Shown here: piece by piece, positions 34,594 through 43,662 of the stretch
Position numbering within the stretch: the stretch's first letter is position 1
Layout: every line of letters starts with the position of its first letter
NCBI GenBank assembly: GCA_963692995.1
Contig: OY843611.1
Location: forward strand, 1,126,748 to 1,190,747
Length of the DNA: 64,000 nt
Source: Dehalococcoidia bacterium
Lineage (GTDB): Bacteria > Chloroflexota > Dehalococcoidia > Lucifugimonadales > UBA3495
Direction: 5' to 3'
Program-made: the position numbers and the translations under genes
The notes under the pieces: model-generated
Databases searched by the model: none
What the model was told of the DNA's origin: nothing
Seen by the model: the letters and a program-made list of their open reading frames with translations, nothing else

Positions 34594-35298
34594 ATGACCC
34601 TGGACGCTAACCTGCGCCGGGCGCGAAAACGCCACGGCTGGAGCCGCAAAGAAGCCGCCAACCGGGCCGGCGTACACCCCAATGCCCTCTATCTCTACGA
34701 AACCGGACGCCAGCGCCCTTCCCAGCTGGCCCTCCTCGGCCTCGCCGCCCTCTACGGCTGTTCCACGGACTGGCTCTTGTCCGACCACGACCCAGAGCGC
34801 GACGATGCCCTTCCCGAAACCCTCGCCGGCTCCGAAACCCTCGCCCTTCCCGAAACTCTCGCCGGTTCCGACGCCTTCGCCCTGCGGCCCACCGGCGAAA
34901 TCGGGCTGGAATCCCGCCCCGTCTTAGGCTTTGTCTCCGCCGGCGAACTCGTCGAATCCTGGTCGGAATCCGACGGGCAACAACCTCTCCCCGACACTAT
35001 CCTCCGCAAAGCCCCCGGCGCTTTCGCCCTCCGCGTCTCCGGCAACTCCCTGCTGCGCGAAGGCATCAGCGACGGCGATACCCTCATCGTCGATCCCGAC
35101 CCGGACCTGCCCTTTGTCGAAGGCCGCATCTACGTCGTCCGCTCCGCGGCTCACCACCAGACCATCGCCGCCCGCCGCGTCTATCTCGCCGGACCCGACC
35201 GACTCAAACTAGTCACCGGCGACGGCCAAATCACCGAAGTCAACCGCGATGAAGTCGATTTCCTCGGCCGCGTCCGCTGGTCCTTCCGCGAACACTGA
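34594..35298 (+). CDS. CI/LexA-like repressor (XRE HTH plus S24 peptidase domain)
   Basis: WSRKEAANRAGVHPNALYLYETG (HTH). VSGNSL...DGDTLIVDP (S24). GAGGAG RBS before ATG 34594. 36-bp tandem duplication in the linker (34808-34879). Confidence 0.85.
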   Translation: MTLDANLRRARKRHGWSRKEAANRAGVHPNALYLYETGRQRPSQLALLGLAALYGCSTDWLLSDHDPERDDALPETLAGSETLALPETLAGSDAFALRPTGEIGLESRPVLGFVSAGELVESWSESDGQQPLPDTILRKAPGAFALRVSGNSLLREGISDGDTLIVDPDPDLPFVEGRIYVVRSAAHHQTIAARRVYLAGPDRLKLVTGDGQITEVNRDEVDFLGRVRWSFREH

Positions 35299-35308
35299 GG
35301 CTGCTGAC

Positions 35309-36436
35309 GTGAAAGGCAGCATCCGCCAGCGCAGTCCCGGCCACTGGGAACTCACCGTGGACCTGGGCAAGGACAACCAGGGACGCCGCCAGCGCCGCTT
35401 CGCTACCGTCCGCGGCTCCAAAGCCCAGGCGCAGCGCAAACTCCGCGAACTGCTCTCCGCCGTGGACCAGGGACTGACGCCGCCCAACCGCGAACTCCGC
35501 CTGGGCGACTGGCTGGAACGCTGGCTATCCGAATGGATCGCCCCGCGACGCCGGGAAAGCACCCTCATCCGTTACGAAGCCGCCGTCCGGCGCCACATCG
35601 CGCCGAGGTTGGGCCACGTCCGCCTAGCCGCCCTCGGCCCCGCCGACATTCGGGCTTTTGAAGCCCAACTCCTGGCCCAGGGCCTCTCGCCCCAGAGCGT
35701 GGGCCAGGCTCACGTGGTCCTCTCCGGCGCGCTCAATTACGCCCTGCGGATGGAACTCATCGCCCGCAACCCCGTGGCTGCGGTGTCGCCGCCCCGGCCG
35801 GCGCGTCGGGAAGCCCAGGCCCCGGAACCGGATGCGGTGCGCGCCCTGCTGCGGCTGGCCCAGAACGAGGATTATCCCGGCTACCCCATCCTGCGCCTGA
35901 TCGCCTATACCGGCCTGCGGCGGGGCGAAGCCCTGGCCCTGCGTCGGGCACACCTGAACCTGGACGAAGGCTGGTTGCTGGTGCGCGGCTCGCTGGCGCG
36001 CGCCGGTCGGGGCCGCCCGGTTCTGGAACCGCCTAAAACCGCCAGCGGCGCCCGCAAGGTTGACTTGGACGCCGGCACCGTACGAGCGCTGGCTCAGCAT
36101 CTCGCCGGCCGGCCGCCGTCGGAGATCGACGGGGAGCAAGGCATCGTCTTTCCTGACCCGGCGACCGGCGGCTGGATGAATCCCGCGCGGTTGTCCCGCG
36201 ACCTCGCCAAACTGGCTCGCCGGGCTGGCCATTCAGGGATTACCTTGCGTAGCCTCCGCCATTTTCACGCCAGCGTCGCCTTGCAGCAGGGCCAGAATAT
36301 CGTCGTCATCAGCAAGCGCCTGGGCCACAGCAGCGTCAGCATTACCGGCGATATTTACGCCCATTCTTTGCCGGGCTGGCAGAAGGAAGCCGCCGACGCC
36401 TTCGCCGCCGCTATGGACGCCGACGATCTGCCCTGA
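35309..36436 (+). CDS. int: Tyrosine recombinase / phage integrase
   Basis: N-terminus KGSIRQRSPGHWELTVDLG (arm-binding type). C-terminus LRHFHASVALQ...LGHSSVSITGDIYAH (R-H-R-Y family motifs). GTG start at 35309. Confidence 0.9.
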   Translation: MKGSIRQRSPGHWELTVDLGKDNQGRRQRRFATVRGSKAQAQRKLRELLSAVDQGLTPPNRELRLGDWLERWLSEWIAPRRRESTLIRYEAAVRRHIAPRLGHVRLAALGPADIRAFEAQLLAQGLSPQSVGQAHVVLSGALNYALRMELIARNPVAAVSPPRPARREAQAPEPDAVRALLRLAQNEDYPGYPILRLIAYTGLRRGEALALRRAHLNLDEGWLLVRGSLARAGRGRPVLEPPKTASGARKVDLDAGTVRALAQHLAGRPPSEIDGEQGIVFPDPATGGWMNPARLSRDLAKLARRAGHSGITLRSLRHFHASVALQQGQNIVVISKRLGHSSVSITGDIYAHSLPGWQKEAADAFAAAMDADDLP

Positions 36437-36556
36437 TTATCGCCTTTGCCGACATTTTTGCCGACATTCACTACGGCCTTAGACGGCATTCAACAGCCTT
36501 TCGAGGGCTGGAAATGGCATTTTTATACTCAAACAACCTTGTAAGTTCGGATACCC

Positions 36557-37129
36557 TTAGGATATAAAGGGAACGATGTCATCCGACTCCACCCGCCCCG
36601 CGCCGACGGCGGCGTCGATCTCACCCGACAGCAGCATCTCGCCCAGGTCATTGTTGGGTGAGGACACCACGTTGGACGGCGCGACGTACTCGGCCACGTG
36701 CTCGTCCCCGGATAGCACCCACGTCACCGCATCCAGGTCCACCCCGTACTCCGTTTGCAGCAGGCCCCGCGTCCACACCCCCGGCGTCAGGGTGTAGCTG
36801 CGCACGCCGAACCGCTTGCCCTCCAGGTCCTTGGGCGACTCAATGCCGCTGTGCCGATTCACCACGATGCCACCGTGATAGAAGGCCCGCGTCAGGAAGA
36901 TCGGCAGCCCGGTGAACGGCTTCCCGTGGGCCCGTGCGCATAAGTAGGTTGACAGGGCCATCTCTGCCACGTCGAACTCCGAGCCGCGCACCATACGCCG
37001 AAAGATGCTGGTCACCGGAGACACCTCAATATGTTCCATGTCGAACATTGACGAGACGACGGTTCCATCTTTGAGCGGGGTTGTGTGTCCATAGTCGCCC
37101 ACGGCGGTTCGCAATACCAATTCGGTCAT
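36557..37129 (-). pseudogene. 3'-truncated host gene (PhtD-like decarboxylase / solute-binding-fold family) at the element junction
   Basis: Only 190 aa (MTELVLRTAVGDYGHTTPLKDG...). From memory, family members are ~330 aa. The ORF ends 2 codons into low-GC junction DNA next to the integrase. Confidence 0.5.
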
Positions 37130-37502
37130 GTTTCCTACCTCCGGTCTCCGGTGTTTTGCAATATACTCCAACCGCCGCCGCAGACGGCAAACTCGCCATT
37201 GCGCCGACACCGTTTCATCATCCCGAAAATTCACCGGCGATTCAACTGCGCCGGAGCGTCTGACCTCACACCGCAATAGTACTGAAGTCCAGCCTTACCC
37301 GCCGGCGCGCCCGCCCGCCTTGCCAACCTGTGGAAGCCAGCCGATGATGCCAACCCGCCACAACTGTCGCAATGCCGGCTTGCCGATGAGTCCCTAAAGT
37401 TCCGCCGACGCTTGGTAAGTGTCGTATTGTGCTAAACTGGCCCACAGCCAGCCAACCTAACCCGACCGAGGCCAGACCCGATCCGAGGCCAGGAGCGCGC
37501 CC

Positions 37503-38492
37503 GTGCAGAACACCGCAGTCATGTCCCCCGCGGCCGGCGTATCACCAGGCATCCTGGATGCCGCTACCACTGCCCGTCGCATCGCCGATAACATCGCCAC
37601 GGTTATTGTGGGCAAGGACAACGTTATCGAGCAGGCTCTGGCCGCCCTGGTAGCCGAAGGGCACATCCTCGTGGAAGACGTGCCCGGCGTGGGCAAAACC
37701 ATGCTGGCCCGCTCCATCGCCGTGTCCATTGGCGGCACCTTCTCCCGCATTCAGTTCACGCCGGACCTGCTGCCCAGCGACGTCACCGGCGTATCCGTGT
37801 ACAACCAGTCCACCGGCGAGTTCAGCTTTCGCTCCGGCCCGGTTGCTGCCCACTTGGTGCTGGCCGACGAAATCAACCGCGCCACGCCCAAAACTCAATC
37901 GGCGCTGCTGGAAGCCATGGAAGAACGGCAGGTCACCGTGGACGGCGTCACCCATCCCCTGCCGCCTCCTTTCCTGGTCATCGCCACCCAGAACTCCATC
38001 GAGTACGAAGGAACCTTCCCCTTGCCGGAAGCCCAACTAGACCGTTTCCTGATGCGAGTCAGCATCGGCTACCCCCGCTTCGAGGAGGAGATACTCATCA
38101 TCGCCCAGCAGGAACACTCCCATCCCATCCTGGAACTGGAGCCGGTGGCCTCGCCGGAGGATGTGCTGTCACTCCAGCAGGCGGCGCAGGAAGTGTACGT
38201 GGATGGTTTGGTGCGCGAATATCTGGTCGCCCTCTCCGAGGCCACTCGCGAGCACGCCGACGCCGCCCTGGGCGCTTCCCCCCGGGCGTCGCTGGGGCTT
38301 TTCCGCACTGGACGAGCCCTCGCCCTCCTCCGGGGCCGAGACTACGTGCTGCCCGACGATATCAAGGAGTTAGCCGTGGCTGTCCTCTCCCACCGCATCG
38401 TTCTAACCCCCGCGGCCCGTATGCGAGGCGTTCTCCCCGAGCGGGTAGTCGAAGAGCTGCTGAACAGCGTTCCTGTGCCGGGTGCGCGCTAG
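37503..38492 (+). CDS. MoxR-family AAA+ ATPase
   Basis: [23 protein letters not shown], typical MoxR layout. Confidence 0.9.
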   Translation: MQNTAVMSPAAGVSPGILDAATTARRIADNIATVIVGKDNVIEQALAALVAEGHILVEDVPGVGKTMLARSIAVSIGGTFSRIQFTPDLLPSDVTGVSVYNQSTGEFSFRSGPVAAHLVLADEINRATPKTQSALLEAMEERQVTVDGVTHPLPPPFLVIATQNSIEYEGTFPLPEAQLDRFLMRVSIGYPRFEEEILIIAQQEHSHPILELEPVASPEDVLSLQQAAQEVYVDGLVREYLVALSEATREHADAALGASPRASLGLFRTGRALALLRGRDYVLPDDIKELAVAVLSHRIVLTPAARMRGVLPERVVEELLNSVPVPGAR

Positions 38493-38567
38493 GCAAGCAT
38501 CGCCGCGCCGCGCTGAACGGGAATATTCCCGAGCTATTCACCAACCCCGAATTCCGGTCCGACCGAC

Positions 38568-39926
38568 TTGAATACATTCCTGATCAAATCGCTGGTCCGC
38601 CAGCACCGCCGCAAAATTCTTTTCAGCCTGTTAATTCTGACGGTACTGTTCTATTCGTTGGGCACGGGATTCCCCTTTTTCTACCGGTTGCTGTTCACCC
38701 TGATTGTGCTGGTGGGCATTGGATACGCTTGGGCCTGGTTGAACCTGCGCGGATTAGACGTGCGGCTGACCCGGCTGGGCAATCGAGGTCGGGTCGGAGA
38801 ATTCCTGGAGGGCCAGGTCCAGCTGATCAACCGCTCCCGTCTGCCCAAATCCTGGCTGGAAGTGACCGAAGATACCGACCTGGACGACCCGGGCGGCCGC
38901 ACCGTAGCCTTGGTAAAGGGGCAGGTGCGTTCCTTCCGCATCGAGACTTATCTCTCCCGCCGGGGTATCTATCGTACCGGGCGCGTTAGGGTGACCGCGC
39001 GGGATCCTTTTGGCCTGTTCCGCCTCACCCGTTCTTTTCTCAACGAACACTCCTACACCGTGCTGCCGCAAACCCTTCCCCTGCCCGACCTGGACCGCCG
39101 TTTTGCCAACCTGCCCAGCGATTCCGCCTTCTCCCGGCGCACCCCGGCTATCACCCCTGAGTCCTCCACCGTCCGCGACTACGCCCATGGCGACAGCCTC
39201 CGCCGCATTCACTGGCCGTACACGGCCCGCATGAACCGCCTGATGGTCAAGGAGTTCGACATCGGCGTTTCCGCCCAGGCCTGGGTTCTCCTGGACATGG
39301 AACGACGCTCCCACTTCGGCGAAGCGCCCGATAACACCGAGGAGTTGGCCGTGACTGTTGCCGCATCCCTGGTGCGACACTGGGATCAAACCGCCGTGCC
39401 TGTGGGCCTGGCCGCAAACGCAGGTCAGCTATGGACGCTCAAGCCCGACCGCCGTCCGGCCCAGTTGGGCATCTTGATGGAAACACTGGCGGGGATACGC
39501 GCCGACGGCTTTTTGCCCTTGGAACGGTTCATCTACGATTTGCGTCCCCAGCTTTCCGGGTTCAACACTCTCATGGTCATCACCCCATCCCGCCGCCCCG
39601 AATGGACCTCGGCCCTGGTTGGTTTGCGCCGACAGGGCATCAATGTGGCGGTTTGTTACATTGACCCCAATTCTTTCCCGCTTTCGGACGCCAACGCTTC
39701 TCCCGGCATCACCGGGCAAATCACTGCTGATTATTTAACCCAACACGACATACCCCTCTACATGGTTCGTCATGGCGAGGACATCAACCTGGCCCTGTCC
39801 CGGCCAGTAGCTGCCGGGCCGTCGCGCAGCAGCGGCTCCGCAACTGCCGAGAACGCTGGTAGCTCTCCCAACGAAACTTCCCCCGCTGCCGGAACGTCCC
39901 CCTCTGCTGCTCCCGTCGCGTCGTGA
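38568..39926 (+). CDS. DUF58 family protein (MoxR partner)
   Basis: N-terminal TM helices. VRDYAHGDSLRRIHWPYTAR...LMVKEFD. Confidence 0.85.
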   Translation: MNTFLIKSLVRQHRRKILFSLLILTVLFYSLGTGFPFFYRLLFTLIVLVGIGYAWAWLNLRGLDVRLTRLGNRGRVGEFLEGQVQLINRSRLPKSWLEVTEDTDLDDPGGRTVALVKGQVRSFRIETYLSRRGIYRTGRVRVTARDPFGLFRLTRSFLNEHSYTVLPQTLPLPDLDRRFANLPSDSAFSRRTPAITPESSTVRDYAHGDSLRRIHWPYTARMNRLMVKEFDIGVSAQAWVLLDMERRSHFGEAPDNTEELAVTVAASLVRHWDQTAVPVGLAANAGQLWTLKPDRRPAQLGILMETLAGIRADGFLPLERFIYDLRPQLSGFNTLMVITPSRRPEWTSALVGLRRQGINVAVCYIDPNSFPLSDANASPGITGQITADYLTQHDIPLYMVRHGEDINLALSRPVAAGPSRSSGSATAENAGSSPNETSPAAGTSPSAAPVAS

Positions 39927-39951
39927 TGCCGCTCTATAGAGGCCCGCGGTC

Positions 39952-42492
39952 ATGGCTTCCGTAACATCTCCGATTCCTTCCCTGACCCGGCCCCCCTCCG
40001 AGGCTAGGGCCTTTTGGCGCGGACCGGTGCTGGCGGATCGCTTGTGGGCCTTGCTCCTGGCCCTGCGCCCGCCCGATGGCTGGGTGGCTGCCGGACTCCT
40101 TACCCTCAACATGATCATCGTTGTCTGGTCGGTGGAGGTGGCCGACTGGGCTCCTACGCCGTCGTTGGTCCTGGTCATGCTGCTCGCTGTCCTGACCGCC
40201 CTGCTACTCTCCCGCATCCGGTTTTGGACCGCAGCCCTTCTGCCCATCGGGTTGCTAATTGGTGGCGGCGTGGTGATCTGGCAAATGGTCTCCGCTGCTC
40301 CCGAAGAACTGCACATCGTGAACGCGGCGGTGTTTTTTGAACGTTTGGGTCTGTGGATCTGGGCGGCTCGAGCCGAAGGGATCAGCGTTGATCCCTTGCC
40401 CTTTGCCACGGGACTGTTGATCGCCTCGTGGCTGTCGGGCTACTTGGCCGGGTGGGTATTTTTCCGCTACCGCAATTTCTGGGGCGTCTTCGCCCTGGGC
40501 GCCGTTGGGTTGCTTTCCAACCTCACCTTCCTGCCCGACAACGCCAGTATCTATCTCGCGATCTACCTGTTCACCGGTCTGCTTCTGGTGGGCTGGGTGC
40601 AGTCAATTCGTTCCCGGCAACGCTGGGATCGCCAGCGCCGGATCTACGACGGACACTTGGGGATCCTCACCGTTAGCGACACCTCGGTGGTGGCCATCGT
40701 CGCTTTGCTCATTGCCTTCTTGCTGCCGGTGGGCAGTCAATGGGGTCCCGCCAACGCCTTTTATAATTTCACGCGCTCCCCGCTGGTGCATTGGGAGGAG
40801 GATTTCAACCGCCTGTTCGCGGGTTTGCCCGCCCGTCGCCCGTTGCCTTATCGCATTTGGGGCGACACCATGGCCTTCCAGGGCACCATCAACCCCGCCG
40901 ACACCCCCGTGCTGCAAGTCAACTCCCCGGTGCCGCTCTATTGGAAAGCCCGTTCCTACGCTACCTACAGCCACGAGGGTTGGCTGTCGGAAGGAACCGT
41001 GCTCAAAGAACCGGGCTGGAAACCCGAGCACAGTACTCCTGGCCCATATCAGGAACGGTTCAACGTAACCTTTGAGGTCACACCAAAATACGACAGTCGT
41101 AGTCTGTTCGCCGGCGGGCAGGTCATCGGCGCCAACCGCGACATTCGCATCGAGACCTTTGACTCCCCCCGCTACGTCATCAACCCCGATCCGGATAGCC
41201 CCATCGATGGCTTGCCTCCGGTGCTTCAAGATGCCGTAGCAGGATTGCGCGAAACCCTCGCCGCCGACGCCTCTGCCGACTCCGACGCCGTTATGGCGGC
41301 TCTGCCGGCCGCGTCTTTCGTGCTGGAATCGGTCCAGCGGGACGATGATGGCCGCGTCCTTGAGGCCGTCATCGCCGAGATCGTTCCCTCAGAACCCGAC
41401 GTGCTCGCGGTCCGCGCCGCCGGCGGTAACGCTGAAGCCGACGTCCCATACCAGCTGACGTCGTCAGTGTCTTCTGCCGAGCCGGACCAACTGCGGGTCG
41501 CCGGACAAGAGTACGCTCCCTGGTTGTGGGCGCGTTACACCCAACTGCCTAGGGATATGCCCCCGCGCGTTGCCGCGCTGGCCCGTGACATCACCGCCGA
41601 AGCTGAAACGCCTTACGATCAGGCAGTGGCCGTGGAGCAATATCTCAAAAACAACTTCACTTACAACTTGGACATCTCCCCGCCGCCCTTCGGCGCCGAT
41701 GGCGTGGACCATTTCCTCTTTGACAGCCGCCAGGGCTACAGCGAATACTTCGGCTCCGCCATGACCGTGTTGATGCGCAGTTTGGGCGTGCCGAGCCGCA
41801 TGACCACCGGCTATACCACGGGGCATTCTCCCCACGGCTCCAACCTGTACATCGTGTCCGACCACCACAGCCACGGGTGGACGGAAGTGTATTTCCCGGA
41901 TTACGGCTGGATACCTTTCGAGCCAACTCCCGGCAAAGAGATTCCGGTAGCCATCCCGCCGGAAAAGGCCCGCCCCGGCGCCAGCGCTGAGGGAAGCGGC
42001 GATGCCGGCGACCTGCCTTGTGAAATCGAAGAGGATTGCGAAGACTTTGAATCGCTGTTCGATGACGAAGAGTTTGCGGCCACAATCGGAACCACCGCTC
42101 AGTGGACCGAAACGGTTCGGGGCGCGCTCCCTTGGATTATCGGTCTCGGCGCTGCCGCTGTGCTAATGGCTTTGGCGGCATGGGTTATTTGGCGCTCGCT
42201 GCTGGCCACGCCGCGAAACGTAACCGGAGCCTATCGGCGGTTGCTCCGGTTGGGCGCGTTGGCCTCCTTCCCCCTGCGGGAGCACCAGACACCCCACCAG
42301 TGGGGCTCTCGGCTGGCCGCCGCCATGCCGGAACAGCAAGCGGCCATCCGGCGCATCGTCAACGCCTACACTCGTCAAACCTACTCAGGCCGCGCACCCG
42401 CCGACGCTGACGATCCCGGCGGCATATCCGAAGCTTGGAAAACCCTGCGCTTCCCGTTGGCGTTGTACGCTCTCCGGCGCAGAGAAGTCTGA
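39952..42492 (+). CDS. Transglutaminase-like multi-pass membrane protein (TgpA-like) with non-canonical triad residues
   Basis: N-terminal TM bundle. Core QGYSEYFGSAMTVLMRSLGVPSRMTTGY...HSHGWTEVYFPDYGWIPFEPT. Confidence 0.8.
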   Translation: MASVTSPIPSLTRPPSEARAFWRGPVLADRLWALLLALRPPDGWVAAGLLTLNMIIVVWSVEVADWAPTPSLVLVMLLAVLTALLLSRIRFWTAALLPIGLLIGGGVVIWQMVSAAPEELHIVNAAVFFERLGLWIWAARAEGISVDPLPFATGLLIASWLSGYLAGWVFFRYRNFWGVFALGAVGLLSNLTFLPDNASIYLAIYLFTGLLLVGWVQSIRSRQRWDRQRRIYDGHLGILTVSDTSVVAIVALLIAFLLPVGSQWGPANAFYNFTRSPLVHWEEDFNRLFAGLPARRPLPYRIWGDTMAFQGTINPADTPVLQVNSPVPLYWKARSYATYSHEGWLSEGTVLKEPGWKPEHSTPGPYQERFNVTFEVTPKYDSRSLFAGGQVIGANRDIRIETFDSPRYVINPDPDSPIDGLPPVLQDAVAGLRETLAADASADSDAVMAALPAASFVLESVQRDDDGRVLEAVIAEIVPSEPDVLAVRAAGGNAEADVPYQLTSSVSSAEPDQLRVAGQEYAPWLWARYTQLPRDMPPRVAALARDITAEAETPYDQAVAVEQYLKNNFTYNLDISPPPFGADGVDHFLFDSRQGYSEYFGSAMTVLMRSLGVPSRMTTGYTTGHSPHGSNLYIVSDHHSHGWTEVYFPDYGWIPFEPTPGKEIPVAIPPEKARPGASAEGSGDAGDLPCEIEEDCEDFESLFDDEEFAATIGTTAQWTETVRGALPWIIGLGAAAVLMALAAWVIWRSLLATPRNVTGAYRRLLRLGALASFPLREHQTPHQWGSRLAAAMPEQQAAIRRIVNAYTRQTYSGRAPADADDPGGISEAWKTLRFPLALYALRRREV

Positions 42493-42514
42493 ACCCGGCC
42501 AATGCGAAATCCGC

Positions 42515-43093
42515 ATGCCCCGCGCTGACCGGATGCCCCCGCTGAACTGTGATCTTATGAACTTAGTCAACCAGGATGAAATGACGCTGCGCTATTGTTT
42601 GCAGGAAACCCCCTTCGGCTGGGTCGCCTTGCTCGGTGGACGTGATGGCCTGCGTCGCGTGAGCTTGCAACCTCAGCCGCAGGACGCGCTGGACGGGTTG
42701 GGAGAAGCGTTGGGTAACGCCGAGGAAAACACCGCCCAGTTGGCCGATGTGCTGGCCGCCTTAAACGATTACTTCGCGGGCGACCTGACGGCTTTGGATG
42801 GCATTACACTGGATTTTTCCGCCGCTCCGCCCTTTTTCGGCGCAGCGTGGGGCGCCTGCCGCGCTATTCCGCCGGGCGAAACTCGTTCCTACCGGTGGCT
42901 GGCAACTGCTGCCGGCAATCCCCGGGCATCGCGAGCCGCCGGCCAGGCTATGGCCAAAAACCCCTTCCCTCTGATCGTCCCCTGTCACCGCGTGGTCGGC
43001 AGCAACGGCGGGCTGCACGGCTATGGAGCCGGCGGCGTCGACGTAAAGGCCCGTCTGTTGGAGATGGAGCGGCGACAGGCAACATTACTCTGA
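42515..43093 (+). CDS. ogt: Methylated-DNA--protein-cysteine methyltransferase (start may be 42581)
   Basis: IVPCHRVVGSNGGLHGY active-site motif. Confidence 0.85.
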   Translation: MPRADRMPPLNCDLMNLVNQDEMTLRYCLQETPFGWVALLGGRDGLRRVSLQPQPQDALDGLGEALGNAEENTAQLADVLAALNDYFAGDLTALDGITLDFSAAPPFFGAAWGACRAIPPGETRSYRWLATAAGNPRASRAAGQAMAKNPFPLIVPCHRVVGSNGGLHGYGAGGVDVKARLLEMERRQATLL

Positions 43094-43148
43094 ACGCTGA
43101 AGGCATATTGCGCCACGATGGGTTTAAGAGTGGCTAACCCATGGACAG

Positions 43149-43610
43149 TCAGTTGCCATTGGCAGAGGATCCGTTGCCAAAGTCAGGCGGCAATTCGTTG
43201 AATGGTTGTCCGTTGGCTTCAGCCTCCAGCCGCCGTTGGTTCCATTGGCGCCAAACAACATCGGCTTCGTCGCGGCCTTGCGCTATACCTTGCGCTATGC
43301 CCTCCTCTCTACTTTCCTCACGAATTTTTTGGCGAAACATAGCAGCGAATACCATAAAGGCTCCTTCTACCAGGATAGGACTGGCTAACAGCCAGAACCC
43401 GGCGGCGCGTGTGGTGTCGCCCACGACTGCTGACGGCGTTTTCTCCCAGGATGGGTTTTCGGCAATCATGACGTGGACGAATATGTAGAAAATGAGAGTG
43501 ACGACGAAACATATACTGAACGTCCAGAAATGCGGTCTAATACGCTCTGCCGGTACGCTGAGTATGGTTACCCGTTCCGCATCGTTGTCACTCCGCCCTC
43601 GATGACTCAT
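43149..43610 (-). CDS. Membrane protein of unknown function
   Basis: Two hydrophobic segments. C-terminal GIAQGIAQGR...WNQRRLEAEANGQPF tail. Confidence 0.55.
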   Translation of the reverse strand: MSHRGRSDNDAERVTILSVPAERIRPHFWTFSICFVVTLIFYIFVHVMIAENPSWEKTPSAVVGDTTRAAGFWLLASPILVEGAFMVFAAMFRQKIREESREEGIAQGIAQGRDEADVVWRQWNQRRLEAEANGQPFNELPPDFGNGSSANGN

Positions 43611-43662
43611 ATGCTATGCCTGCAACCAGAATCGGGCAAGAGGCGGTGGCGCCGGGCCCCGC

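Larger units (their letters stand above)
1..36556. mobile_element. Integrated prophage-like / integrative element; right junction only (integrase plus truncated host gene). Left end not located in window
   Basis: Near-uniform minus-strand gene array with overlapping stop/start codons. Contains a repressor/Cro switch, integrase, replication module and many small Cys-rich ORFs. Low-GC junction at 36437-36556 abuts a truncated host ORF. Confidence 0.6.

Noticed and set aside
36437-36560. tRNA gene as integration target
   Set aside because: No T-loop (GGTTCGA-type) or cloverleaf-compatible sequence was seen by eye. The flanking ORF looks like a disrupted protein gene instead.
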